The position numbers were made by a program, and so were the translations under genes. The notes beneath the pieces were generated by a model that was given only the letters and a program-made list of their open reading frames with translations, did no database searches and was not told the origin of the DNA. Below, in pieces: positions 13,937-26,015 of a DNA stretch of 64,000 nt. Every line of letters begins with the position of its first letter. Positions within the stretch are counted from its first letter, which is position 1. Source of the stretch: Patellaria atrata CBS 101060 (lineage: Eukaryota); assembly GCA_010093705.1 (NCBI GenBank), contig MU006113.1, positions 243,165 to 307,164 on the forward strand. Direction: 5' to 3'.

Positions 13937-15135
13937 TTGAAAACACGGTATACTACGATATTCCAAAGTTCAGCCCACCAACAACACTGTCAGATATCGA
14001 GACTATCCTCAGAGCTATCAAACGCGATGCAGGAGCTGACAAGGCACGTATTGGATGTATTCCCTTCTTACATCATCAAGCTGACATGGGATTGTAGTGC
14101 CGCTGTATTGCGTCCTTTCGTATTTCTTGAGTTGCCGGGCGAGATCCGCAACATGATATACAGAGAGATTCTTGTCGATCTGAACCATAACATCATCATC
14201 TTCATAATGAATTACGCGGTTACTGGGAATGCTGATCAAACACTACATACCAATATTATGAAAACCTACCATCAAATTCACGAGAAGCTGAAAGTATCCT
14301 GTCGTCGGAAAACGTAATCGAATTTAGAGTGGTCCACAAATATATTCACGTTAAAGATGCGGTACCAATGGATCTCGGCTGCTCATGATGTATGGACAAC
14401 ATGGTCATTAACAACCCGGGATAGATGGCTAACGCATGCAGGAGACGTAAATAGAGTAGAAGAGTAGATTCTACAAAAGATAACTAGATGTATGGCATAG
14501 AACTGGAAACCAAGAACCGATGGCAATGAGAAAGAATAGATGCTTCTACAATTTCCTTTATATGGATTTTAGAGGTCTTAGCTTTCCTTTGTAAATAATA
14601 TCAGTGGACTAAGCCACTAGAGACTTCACCAAGCATATGAAGGCCCTGAAAAGGGATTTATGTATATAGGAGGTTGCGCCATAGCTTAAAGGCTGCATGC
14701 GCAGTATTGTAGGTAATGCAATACAATGGAAATAAAAATAAAAAAAAAAACCCGGGATTGATGGAGGGTTTGGCACATATCGAAAATGTTAAAATGGATT
14801 GGTGTTTTCCTTACGGAACGTGTCCTTACGATTGGAGTGACATCGCTGCTTGGTTCGATATCCTTCCTTCTTTGAGCATGATTGAGTTCTCTTTCTACTC
14901 TCGCGCGGCTCATGCAGCTGCGTTGAAGTTCTCGTGCACCTTTGAGGGTATGATCTCTCATACAACCCAACAGGTACGACGGCGCGTTAAGATTTCCTAG
15001 GCCCCCTCCAAGCAAAGTCTCGTGGGAGATGAAATTTGGTTTACTCACGTAGATGACAAAGCCATCGAGCGCATTGAAAAGAAGTGTGAATCGCTACGGG
15101 GAATGTACTATGATGACGAATACTTAGGGATATGA
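13937..15135 (+). pseudogene. Degenerate F-box-like ('FLxLPxEIRxxIY') fungal orphan-family gene
   Basis: PFVFLELPGEIRNMIYREIL. The expected TxxQIHREAxxILxxEN motif is split by a 1-nt frameshift near 14280 (QIH | REAESILSSENVIEF). Further broken frames follow to ~15135. Boundaries are approximate. Confidence 0.5.
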
Positions 15136-15394
15136 GTAGTCTGCTACCCCAACGTTTCGTCGTAGATCTGCCGCACTTGGTTCGTTCCATTTGATCTAGA
15201 CCCCTGTTCATGGCTCAGGCCCTACACTCCTTCGAAATACCCCCTTTTCAACCTCCAAAAGTTCTTAGTCAAACAAGTCTGAAGTTTTCTGAAGGTCAAG
15301 TTCTACAATTTCATTCTGGAGTTTGCCTTTTCGTTTCTCAACTGCTTCTTCTGAACTAGCAGAGAGAGGGAGAGCATAAGCACCGGCTCTATTA

Positions 15395-17960
15395 GGGCTC
15401 TAAACTAGTTTGAAACAGGTGTTCGGAATGAGTGAATGTCAGATATTTGAGGAAGAATGTCTTATACCGCTAATCGAAGTAGCGCGTCTTATCCAGATCT
15501 CTATTGGGATATCTTTGTGTATTTCGTTGAACGTCTAAGCACATATCGATCGATTACAGAGGGCTGATTCGAGAAAGCCAGATATAAATGCCTTCAACTG
15601 TATCCAACGACGAGCAAATCGATCTTAAATTAGTTTGAAAATAGTTCGAGGAGCACGATAGGAAGAGGAGTCTATCGGCCTTATTAGGTACAGTGGGTGA
15701 AAGTCCCGAATAGGAAATTCAGGCAATGTCCATCAAACGTCTGAGGAATGTAATCGGTTTAAAACTAGTTGTGAACTATGGCATAGTTCTAAAGGGAGGT
15801 GAGAATGGGAAGAGATCTCAGTGAACAAAGTAGCACCTTGGATGCAGTATCCCAATTAGGAAATTTTCACAGCTTTCGTCGAACGTCCATACAAGACGAA
15901 CCAGTTTCGAACCGAAACTGGTTAGAGGGACATGATGGGTATGGTTTTATAAGAAGAGAGGGAGTATACCCTTTACACCTACTCTAGAGGATCAAGTACA
16001 CACCACCCGGTAAGGACTATTATCATCGTTAAGTCAAACGGAATCCAGTTACAGACCGGTCTGAAACCTAGATAAGGAGCGAAGTGCGAACAGCCCTCTA
16101 TTAAAACCGAGTAAGAGAAGCTAACAGGGAGTCATATGCAATATCCCGGTCAGGAGATATCTACAATTTTCGTCGAACGTCTAGAGATATAACCATTTAG
16201 AATTATATCGGGAGAGGAATGATTAAAGAAAGTTATCTTCTCAAACAGTTAAACTCGAGTATGAGAACAGGGCCGATTTTCGTGGTATAATCTTACGGAA
16301 TATATAATCGAAAAGAGCTATCGTCGAACGTCTCTGAGAAGAAAGGCAGTGGTAGACTAGGAGACATGACAGTAGGAAAGAATACTCCGGTAATAGGAGT
16401 TAAGACGCAATAGTCTAATCAGGAGATACCAGTAACTCTTCGTCGAACGTCTATCGCGTCTAACGTGTTTAGACCTGATTGGGATCCGACTTGATGGTGC
16501 AGGAAATAGATCAAGTTACGTTACGGCCAAGTCATTATACTAACTACCCAATTAGCCAATATCTCTAATTTTCGTCGAACGTTAGATAACGTTTGCGAAG
16601 TCGGACGCAGTCACAGACCAGTCTGTAACCTGCTCAGAATGGTTAAGGGAAAGGGGAAGGAAGAATGTGACCCTATGGTTTATAGGTCATATTATCTCTC
16701 CTTTCCTGATCTGGCAATCTCTCTATTCCTGTTGAACGTCTACAAGCTCCAGACCAGTCTGTAACTGTTCCAGCAGTTATGGGTTTGAGGGAAAGAGAAG
16801 AGAAGGGAGACTCTGACCCTACCTTATAATTACACCATATCTCTATTTCCTAATTAGACATTCTCTCTACTTCTGTTGAACGCATACGAATTACAGACCG
16901 GTCTGTAAACTGTTCGAAACTAAGGTAAGGAGAAGATTGTGATTCTACCTTTCGGTTCACATATTTCAATCTTTCCCGATTAGGCAATCCCTCGGATTTC
17001 CGTCGAACGTCTACGAGAATTACAGACTAGTCTGAAGCTGTTAGAAACTGCATCATTCGGTTATAGAGGTAAGGAGGTGGGAAGACTACGGTATATTTAT
17101 ATCTCTATGTCCTGATTAGGCGATCTATCGGGATTTCCGTCAAACGTCTACGAACTACAGACCGGTCTGTAACTATTCAAACTGCGCTATGAGTTTAAAG
17201 GAGAGGGGAAGACCATGTTTTACACACATCCCTATTTCCTAATTAGGCAGTATCTCCGCTTTCGTCGAACGTCTACGAATTTCAGACCAGTGTGTAACGT
17301 TGTTCGAAACTGAGTAGAGTGGCTAAAGGATAGGGGAACACTATCGAACGTCTACGAACTACAGACCGGTCTGTAACGGTTCAAACTGCATTATGAGGCG
17401 AAGGGAGACTAGGGGAGGCCGAGAGGAGAAGACTGTGACCCTACGGTTTACACATATCTCTATCTCCTAATTAGTCAATCTCTCTACTTCCGTCGAACGT
17501 CTACGAATTTTAGACCGGTCTGAAACTGTTCAAACTGCGTTATATGGTTAATGAAAGGGGAAGACTAGCTTTCATATTTATCTCTATTTCCTGCTTAAGT
17601 AATCCCTCTACTTCTGTCGAAAGTCCACGAACTACAGACCAATCTGTAGACTGTTCGAAACTGAGTAGAGATTGAACCGCATCTCTAAACCAGTTTCAAA
17701 CCGATTAGAGTCCATAGACGTTCTACGAAAAAGCACAGATATTCCTAATCGGGCTATCGACAGTACAACATACCCTGTCCCCGACTTGTGTCTCCCTTTC
17801 AACGCGCCGGTTTTCGGACTGGTTCGAAACTGGATTCCGTTTCGGAAGACGTTCGATGAAACTTATCCGGTATTGCAAAATCGGGAAATAGAAATATTGG
17901 TAAACTGTAGGGTCATGGTCTCCCCTTCTACTCTCCTTACCCGGGTTAGAACTGTTATTT
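15395..17960. repeat. Degenerate tandem array of ~120-160 bp palindrome-containing units with terminal inversion
   Basis: The GAACGT-type core box recurs near 15529, 15735, 15881, 16036, 16175, 16326, 16445, 16577, 16734, 16878, 17005, 17142, 17267, 17346, 17495 and 17619 on the + strand. Reverse-complement copies lie near 17715-17731 and 17845-17861. Perfect palindrome TTACAGACCGGTCTGTAA at 16891-16908. Confidence 0.92.
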
Positions 17961-18141
17961 GAAAGCGAGTGGATCTCGCATAATATTTCTATCTGCCATA
18001 AGTACAACCCACGATCCCCACCCACTCCTCAATCGAAGAAGCAAATGTGCTCCCACCCATCCGCATGCATAAAGCCCCTCGCACCCATGCTCCCCATCAA
18101 TCCGTAAAATAATCATAAAATGGTATAATATTCGCCCTCCC

Positions 18142-20032
18142 TTAGAACAACCAAGAAACAAACGTCCTGTAAAACCAACCACCAGGTTTCTGCTTCTTCT
18201 GTGCCTTTCTTGCCAAGAACTCCTCTTCTTCCCTATCGATCTCCGCCTTGCCGGAATAGAAGTCCGCATTATGCGGCTTGACGCCTGGTTCTCTCGTCCA
18301 GAGCTTATAGCCGGCGAGCATGATGAGATAGACGGGAATACCGATGTAGCCGGTGATGAAGTTCTTGTAGTCAAAGTCGCCGTACGTCTTCGGGTTGTGC
18401 ACGAAGACATCGTAGTTCTTGGTGAGTGAGATGAGGATACAGAAGAAGAGAGCACCGTAAGAGCCTGCGATACCGAAGGGCGCGACGAACGGCATGGCGC
18501 TGTTCGGGATGTTTTGGGCGCGGCGGGCGCGGACGAAGTAGATGTGCGTGACAAGGATAGATATCCAAGTCAAACTGAATCGGAATTAGTATTTATGCTT
18601 ATCGACTAATTTTTGAGACGAAACTTACAGTCCAAAGATGGTGACCAGATTGACGAAATAGAGGAAGACAGTACGTGCGTCATCAGCAACGTTCATATAT
18701 GCGAGTAAGCAGAAGAGCGTGCTAAAAGCGAGAGCGTAAATGGGCACACCACGACGATCGGTGCGAGCGAAGATTCGGGGAGCCTTGTGTTCGATAGCAA
18801 GACCGTATAGTGTTCTGGTGGCGATGTAAAGATCACTGTTGGACGCACTGAAAACGAAGAGCAGGATACAGCCATTGATAAAGCCAGGAAGGCCGTCAAT
18901 ACCCGCAAGGGTGATGGCAACGACGAAAGGAGACGCGGAAGCTCCACTCTTAGCCTTGGTGGCGAAGGCCAGGTCCTCGGAATTATAGGGAACAATCATG
19001 CCGAGGAGGAAGACGGAAAGAACGTAGAAGAACAGAATTCGATAAAATGTCAGCTTGATCGCACGGGGGATGGTCTTGCGAGGGTTTTGAGCTTCTCCGA
19101 CAGTGACACCGACCAATTCGGTTCCAAGGTAAGCAAAGACGGCAGTTACCATGGAACTCCACAATCCCAAGAACTTTCCAGTGTCTCCTTGCTTGATATA
19201 TGGCTTGAACGCTCCTGGATTTTTCCAGTATCGGAAACCTTTCCTGTCTCCATCAGGGCCGCCACCAAGAGCAAGCACAAGAGAAAGGATGATAAGCCCA
19301 ATAATGGTAAGAACTTTCAAACTGGATAGCCAGAACTCGAGTTCTCCGAAGAAGCGGATACCAAAGTAATTGATGCAGACAATAACAATCAAGAAGACAG
19401 TAATGAATACTCCGGGATTGACATCGTCTGGGTGAACCCAATACTGAATGACCAAGGCTGCAGCTGTCAATTGATTCGGGGTCACAATGATGTACTTGAA
19501 CCAATACGACTAGAGCCATGTTAGTGAAAGTTTTAGGAGATATGAATAGGGGTAAGGACTAACATAACCAAGGGCGAAACCGAGAGCTGGATCACAGAAT
19601 CTGACAGCATAACCGGAGAAACCGGATCCAAGGGGTAACCAAGCAGCCATTTCACCAAGAGCGGACATGACCAAGTAGACGATGAAGCCGACGATACCGT
19701 ACGAGATAAGAATAGATGCGGGTCTATCAGTTTGTCAGTTAAGTGTTTAGAAGACCATTATATGCGGAAAGTGCTCACCCAGCTTTAGCTAGAGCAGCAC
19801 CAGTCCCAATAATGAGACCAGTTCCAATAGCACCTCCGATTGCAATCATAGTAATGTGACGCGATTTCAGTCCGCGATGAAGGTTGGTATTAGGCTCAAG
19901 GTGGTGCTCCCCGGGCATTTCATGGTTAACATATTCTGGATCTGGTTGATATTGACCCTTCTCATCTACTACACGTTCGGGACTATTGTCGCCCAGCGAG
20001 GAGCTTTCCCTCTTTCTACTCCAAATTGCCAT
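18142..20032 (-). CDS. DIP5: Yeast amino acid transporter (APC/YAT) family permease, Dip5-like
   Basis: [77 protein letters not shown]. Four exons joined by canonical introns. Confidence 0.9.
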
Positions 20033-22166
20033 GTTGGCGGAATTTGCTTTGGTCTATCAGAGGAAGGTATGCGAAGGTAAGACAAGCTTTCGGTAGATGT
20101 TGATAAAGAAGGCGGGGAAGAAATCCAGAAACACGCAACCGGTCGATGCGTATCGTGATCTTAGCACTCTTGAGTCTCCAATAGTAAGATACCTTAACGA
20201 AGTTCGGGAGCTATCGAGTCAATGGTGATCAAGCTGGAGATGGGCTTGATCAAGCACTCTCCAAGCGGGACCTGAGCCTTGTGGTTTGCGCCTCAGCTGA
20301 CGGTATTCCAATCGTATTGAAGAACCTTCCACCAAGTGACAGACTCAAGCTCACAAGGCAAGAAAGTCAAGGCTCAGTAACAGAAGGAAAGGAAAAGGTT
20401 CAGCTCTTTGAGGGGACAGCCAGGATTTTAAGTATTGGGATCGGGGAAGGCGATGACCACGGGCATACAGTAGTACAGTACCGATCTCCCTTCCACCACC
20501 AGCACTACCGACTAAGGTAGAACCAGAACTACCCAGGGTCAAAGCTCCATCGCACAGGTAAAATCGGCATTGCGCCCCCTGGATTCCCCTCCAGCGACGC
20601 CTTGGGCTTAGCCGCAAAGTGAGCCGAGCAAGCTGTACTGTACGAGATAAACAAATTCCTTCAAATCTGTGATTTTGCACCCCAAAATTCCCCAATCTTT
20701 TCCCTTGACAGTGCCAAGTGCGCTCACACGACATAGCCCTCACACCTACCGCATCAGGCTTAGATTATTTCATAACAATCGTAAAACCAAACGGCGGGGC
20801 GGAGGCTTATTACTCTCAATAAATGTGCTAACTTGTTATGGAACGCCTCACCGTATGCCCAGACCGGACCAAGGCAGCCGAGAGTGGCCGGCATCTTGAG
20901 GAATGATAAGAGTCGAAAGAACTCAACGAGGAGCATTCTCCAACTTTGGTGTCCATCGAGTGTACTGATATTGAACAGCTTCGAGGTTTGATCCTTCATA
21001 TCTTTCTTGTCTCTGATGACCTGAGACGAGTTTGACTCGAGAGCCCTCGGCGCGGTCAAAAAAAGTTCTTATCACGTTAGAACTGCACAGAATTTGCTTG
21101 CTGCTTATCTTGACCGGTGAAAAAAGATCCTCCCTTTTGTCTTATACAAATCATCGCCGCTGGGACTTGTCTTATTATGTCAAAAACGCAAGAAAATAGG
21201 AACAGGCCACGGCTATGGCCATGACCCAGGCCACCAGTCCCCAGAGAATATGCTGTAAGCTGAGGAGAACTTCGAGAAGCCTGGACCCCAGGGTTTGCAT
21301 CCTCCCCCAGCTGTCTGCATTCCTGCAAGATATCCCAGCTGCTCGATCAAGAAAATATGCCGTACCTTACTACACGACAAGCCCCGATATTTGAACCGAT
21401 GTACGACTTATCGAGGGAATCGCCAAGTGGATATCAAACGGCTCTACCTCAGAGGAATCGAGCACTTGACCACACATCTCAGCACGGTGAAAAGAAGAAT
21501 TTAACACTTGAAACTAAGGCAAGATATGCACCGACAGTACCTTACGCTTCACAAACTACTGTACAGTATGATCATACGTTCTCTTAAGGTAAAAACTAAC
21601 CTCAGCCTCCCCGCACCCGCTAAAAGTTAGCACACACTCGCTTCAGGAAACCTTCTTTGCAGTACGTACTGCACTTTCAACGGACGCTCGAAAAAGCCGT
21701 CCCGGAGCAATCGCGAAAACCTACATTATTGAGGCAATGGAACCCAAAATGGAATCATCAAATGCAGACTACAAGTGCTAATGACAATCTGGCCCCATGT
21801 CTTCCCCACTATCAGAATCAACATAACGTCGAAATCCCGCTCACCTGGTCCGTCAGCAGTTGGCCTTATCCGGCCCGCGGATAACCGCATTTATCACCTC
21901 GGAACAGAGATCGAGCACGTGGCCAAGGTAGGTACTCCTGATATTCGGACCAAATTAACTTGGAAGATATAGTACAGTAGCTTACCATTATTCTGTTTGA
22001 TACCTCAGCACGTCATGTTAATATCAACATCATTCACGCCATAACTTGCTCAATTGAAAGGCAGAAGTAGGTATTAAGCTTTTTCCTGTCCTGCAATTGT
22101 GCCTTTGTTAAGTAGTGGGAGCGTAAAATATCTAAGGTAAACTCGATGATGATTCTTATTTTTCTA

Positions 22167-22247
22167 CCCCTTCTTTTCTTTTCCTTTCTTTTCTTTCTTT
22201 TCTTTCTTTTCTTTCTTTTCTTTCTTTTCTTTCTTTTCTTTCTCTTT
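22167..22247 (+). repeat. Polypyrimidine microsatellite (TTTTCTTTC)n
   Basis: About 6-7 direct copies of TTTTCTTTC read directly from the sequence. Confidence 0.9.
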
Positions 22248-22329
22248 GATTGATTTTTATTTTTCAAGTAAATTTTTAGTAGCCAGAAGAATATTTACGG
22301 CTGCTGATTTTGCAATCTGGCTCCAGCAA

Positions 22330-23400
22330 CGATCCCGTCACCGTTCAATTGATATCCAGCACAGTCACTATACAATAGAAACACTCTCTATATAACGATT
22401 TCGTATTGCTAGGGCCACGATTGATAAGAAGATTTCTAGAGTGCGCACAGGAAAACACCACGAAGGCTGTTCTAATATCTCCGAGTCTTTATACTAGTTT
22501 CGTCCATTTACGCCGCCGAAGTCAAAACAGAGTGGTGTGGGTGGATCAGTTTTGTATAAGCCAGAGTGACAAGAATGAAGTCTCACGATCAGGTTTGTAT
22601 AAGGAAAGAAGTGTACGTAAGATCAAAGGGCTGTGTTTGTCTTGAGAGGAGGCGCCGAAGGGACTCGACTTGCAGTGCAGCTCTCAAAGGATTTTTCCTC
22701 CCTGCAATGGTTCTGGAGTTTGGATGTTTCAAGAGACCTGGTTATTCCGCTCCACGGATCAATTTTCAATATGAGAATAATACTATGCAGCGCGATTGCT
22801 TTTTCAACGCCAATGAATGGATGCATGAATGTCTACTACATGTTGTCCTACCGTATCCATGGACCAATCTCGAAGCGATACAGAAATCTGCTACTTCCAG
22901 ACGCCAGACGCCAAAACCAATTCGAGTAGACTTATTTAATCTCGTTTTGCAAGACTTGGATCTAAAAACTATAGACCCAAGAAATAAAATCCTCGGTCTA
23001 TTTAGTCTTCCCAAAGAAACGCAACCGTACCAGTTCTCGAGTGTAAGGTGATTCAATAAAGGGGACATGTACGGCATAGCGCTTAATTTCGTAACCACTA
23101 AAGAATTGAAAGAGAAGTATTATTCTTATTCAATATTACTAAGCAGATCGGTGAGACACAATTGTCTATTACATTAGTATATTCCCTTTTATCTAACTAA
23201 CTCGACTAAATGTCGCAGTTCGCATAACCGATGGACATTTGATATTCCAGGTCAGCCAAATTTCAAGCCGCTTGATTAATAGCTTCCTCCAACTCTGGGG
23301 CTGATTCTCGCCAAGGTTCTGGTATTTAATCGTTCGATAGTGAAAGTACGCATTCGGTTTGATTGACTGTAGCAGCTCCACGCCATTCAGGAAAGTGGCC
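22330..23400 (+). pseudogene. Heterokaryon-incompatibility (HET) domain pseudogene
   Basis: ISPSLYTSFVHLRRRSQNRVVWVDQFCISQSDKNE matches HET 'L..LR.....LWIDAICINQ.D..E'. In another frame, LKTIDPRNKILGLFSL matches 'TDPRDKIY.L.GL'. Frames are broken by stops and frameshifts; boundaries are approximate. Confidence 0.7.
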
Positions 23401-23487
23401 GGTAATTACCAGTCAAATATGGTTTTGTAGATGCATTTAGAGGTACGCTTTTGGAATGCCCTTCAAATATAAGTTGACCTCCTCTGT

Positions 23488-24186
23488 TTTGGTTTTTTTT
23501 TTTTTAAATCCATTGTATTGCGTTATCTACAATACTGCGCATGCAGCCTCTTGGGCTATGGCGCTACTCTTCTATCTACATAAATCCCTATTCTAGGGCA
23601 ATAATATGTCTAGTGAGAGTGTCTGGGGATTGAAGCTCCCCAGTTGGTCAAACTTTGCAGTTTAATCCAAGCATTAGAAAAACTGAACCAACTCCACTAT
23701 ATCCTTTGCTCTTCAATTCCCTGCATTATATAGCGATCTAGTTTTTCCCCTATGTTCTATTTATTTTAATTTGGTTCTTGTTCTTCTTCATTGATTTCTC
23801 TTTTATGTAGCAGCCAGTTAGCTGTTGAGATTTGTGTACTGTGTAAGTATTGGAAAAGTACTTCTTTGCCCTTCTCTGTACAAAAGAGTTTTATTAATGT
23901 TATTCTTGACTTTAGCTGCTTCTCCATGATTTTTCGTTCCTTGGAGTAATGTTTGCAGTGAAGAATCAGATGTCTTGGGGTTTGGATAAACCTGCAGTCT
24001 CCAAAACATTTCCCTTCAGTATCCTTTCCAATTCTCTTAAGGTATGACTTGAAGAAGCCTGCTCCATTCTTCAGCTGAAAGAATGCTGCTTGAGTCCTCT
24101 TTGGATATTTTGGGATTGATGATTTGGTTGAAATGAGATTGCTGCTCTATACACTTGGGTGTAATGCTTCCCTTGTCTTCTAGGGT
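23488..24186 (-). mobile_element. 5'-truncated non-LTR retrotransposon (Tad1-like LINE), 3' end of ORF2 plus 3' UTR and poly(A)
   Basis: The minus frame reads TQAAFFQLKNGAGFFKSYLKRIGKDTEGKCFGDCRFIQTPRHLILHCKHYSKERKIM...FQYLHSTQIST, the LINE C-terminal CCHC knuckle. T13 run at 23493-23505 is the poly(A) tail. Flanking direct repeats TTGACCTCCTCTGT (23474-23487) and TTGACATCCTCTGT (24187-24200). Confidence 0.88.
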
Positions 24187-24789
24187 TTGACATCCTCTGT
24201 GCCGCAGCATAAAGTTGATTTAAAAATGTTGGTGGTCAAAGCTCAAACTAATCTGATTGATTGATCCTCAAGATAGGTGGATTGAGCCCACTGCAGAGGC
24301 TATTTTCAGTTACCCGAAGAACATGCATACTGTATTACGACGTCAGTTGTAAGAGATCAGATAGTCCATGAGTGTGAAACATGCCCGCTCTACGCATGCG
24401 TGTAGAACCCGAGCCCCTCCTGAATGGTCAGTTCCTCTAGTATTTCTAGAGTATCGCCAAGTCTCAGTTCGGTAGATATTGTTCTACCAGGAATATATAT
24501 TATGCTTTCCCCAGAGTTGGAAACACAGCATCTGCATACTTGTGTAGCTCGATTGTAACACCCGAGTTAATACACATCCTTTCAATAAATTAGTAAGATC
24601 ACAATCAGAGTTTGATAAACTCTCTCAGTCTACCGCCGCCCTCTAGTTCTATATTTATGTCCAGCGGGTTCCAGGCAATTAGAATTCCTCTCTCCGTCGG
24701 TTCTATCACTGCACGTCGTCTAGAAACAGTCTCTTTCTCTGAATACTTGTCTCTCTATAAAGCACTCTTGAGTTTTCAAGCCCAACCAG

Positions 24790-26015
24790 ATGGGATCCCA
24801 ATTTCAACATGAATATCCAGCTCTGCATAACTCCCCGAGCGCAGCAAAGCAGATAACCATACTTCTTGTATTTGAGATATTTGCTATAATCGCTATTATC
24901 TTGAGGCTCTGGGCTCGAAGGATAAAGAAGATCTCTTTGGTATTCAACGATTACGTCTTATTGTGTGCTCTATTCTTCTTAACTGTAGCACTGGCGGTAG
25001 TCGGCTTCGTGTGTAAGCTCTTCCTAATAGCTAGCTGGCACTCCTTATTATCTAGATACTAATACCTCGAGAAAACCACAGCCGTCTTTTGGGCTGGTTC
25101 GGGCCAGCATATTAGAGATGTTGAACCGGGCCTCCGGAACCGCGTTCACATTACCTTTAGGGCAGGCCAAGTTCTTTGGGCTGCCGCAAATACCAGCGTC
25201 AGGTTGTCGATCCTCCACCTCTATCTCACTATCTTTCCCAGTCGCGTTTTCCGCAATGCATGTTACACTGTTATGATTGTTTGCATTTCCTTCTTCATCT
25301 CCGTCTTCTTGATAACGTTTCTGATGTGCCGTCCCGTTCAATTCAACTGGGATAGAACAATTCCTGGAGGTACTTGCGGAAACAGAATGGCAGGGTACAA
25401 TGCCACCTCTGCTACGAACCTTGTCATCGACTTTTTGGTCGTGACGATGCCGACGCCGCTGTTATGCGGTTTACACTTGCCAATTACAAAGAAAATACCG
25501 ATTATAATAATGTTTAGCTTGGGATATGTGTAAGTATTCTGCTTCTCTGGTGTCCTAAGGTATAGCCCCGTAATCTTATAATTTACTTGAGTATCATCTT
25601 TGCATTAATGGACTTGGTATTGTACTTTCGAGTCGATCTTATCTCAGACTACTGACATCAATCATATTTAAAACCCCACAGTATCTGCATAATCTCCCTA
25701 CTTCGCACCGTATACATCGCCAATATCGACCTCGCAGATTTCACCTACGCATCCGCTGACCTCGCAATCTGGTCTTTCCTCGAGCCGGCCCTCGGCGTCG
25801 TAAACGCCTCGCTTCCCGTGCTTCGTCCCGTGCTCGTTCGTATATCTGCTTCGCCAACGTTTACTTGGGCGCGGACTGCGATTTTTTCTTCTCGCCGCAC
25901 TAGTGTCGAGGATAGCGGGGGGACTAAATGGGGTAGTGGAAGTAGAGGGGAGGGCAGGGAGTTCAAGATATTGGTGGATTCTGTTGAACGGCCGTGCACC
26001 TTTGACAGTGTGTGA
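24790..26015 (+). CDS. PTH11-like / fungal rhodopsin-family integral membrane protein (no CFEM domain seen)
   Basis: Three exons splice in frame. Motifs: LRLWARRIKK...FNDY, SVRLSILHLYLTIF, CRPVQFNWDRTIPGGTC, NLVIDFLVVTMP, IWSFLEPALGVVNASLPVLRP. Confidence 0.85.

Noticed and set aside
15395..17960. True CRISPR array
   Set aside because: The context is eukaryotic with no cas genes. The repeats are long and degenerate, and the 'spacers' are related to each other (purine-rich, shared GAAGAC/GACCCTA) rather than unique.
17672..18025. ORFs 17672..17962(+) and 17723..18025(-) as genes
   Set aside because: They lie over the inverted repeat units and show no protein-like motifs. Unit lengths in the array are not frame-preserving.
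22034..22267. Lys/Arg-rich 77-aa ORF
   Set aside because: It is the translation of the (TTTTCTTTC)n microsatellite.
23818..24009. 63-aa minus ORF as a gene
   Set aside because: It is the wrong frame of the LINE fragment; the overlapping frame carries the CCHC knuckle.
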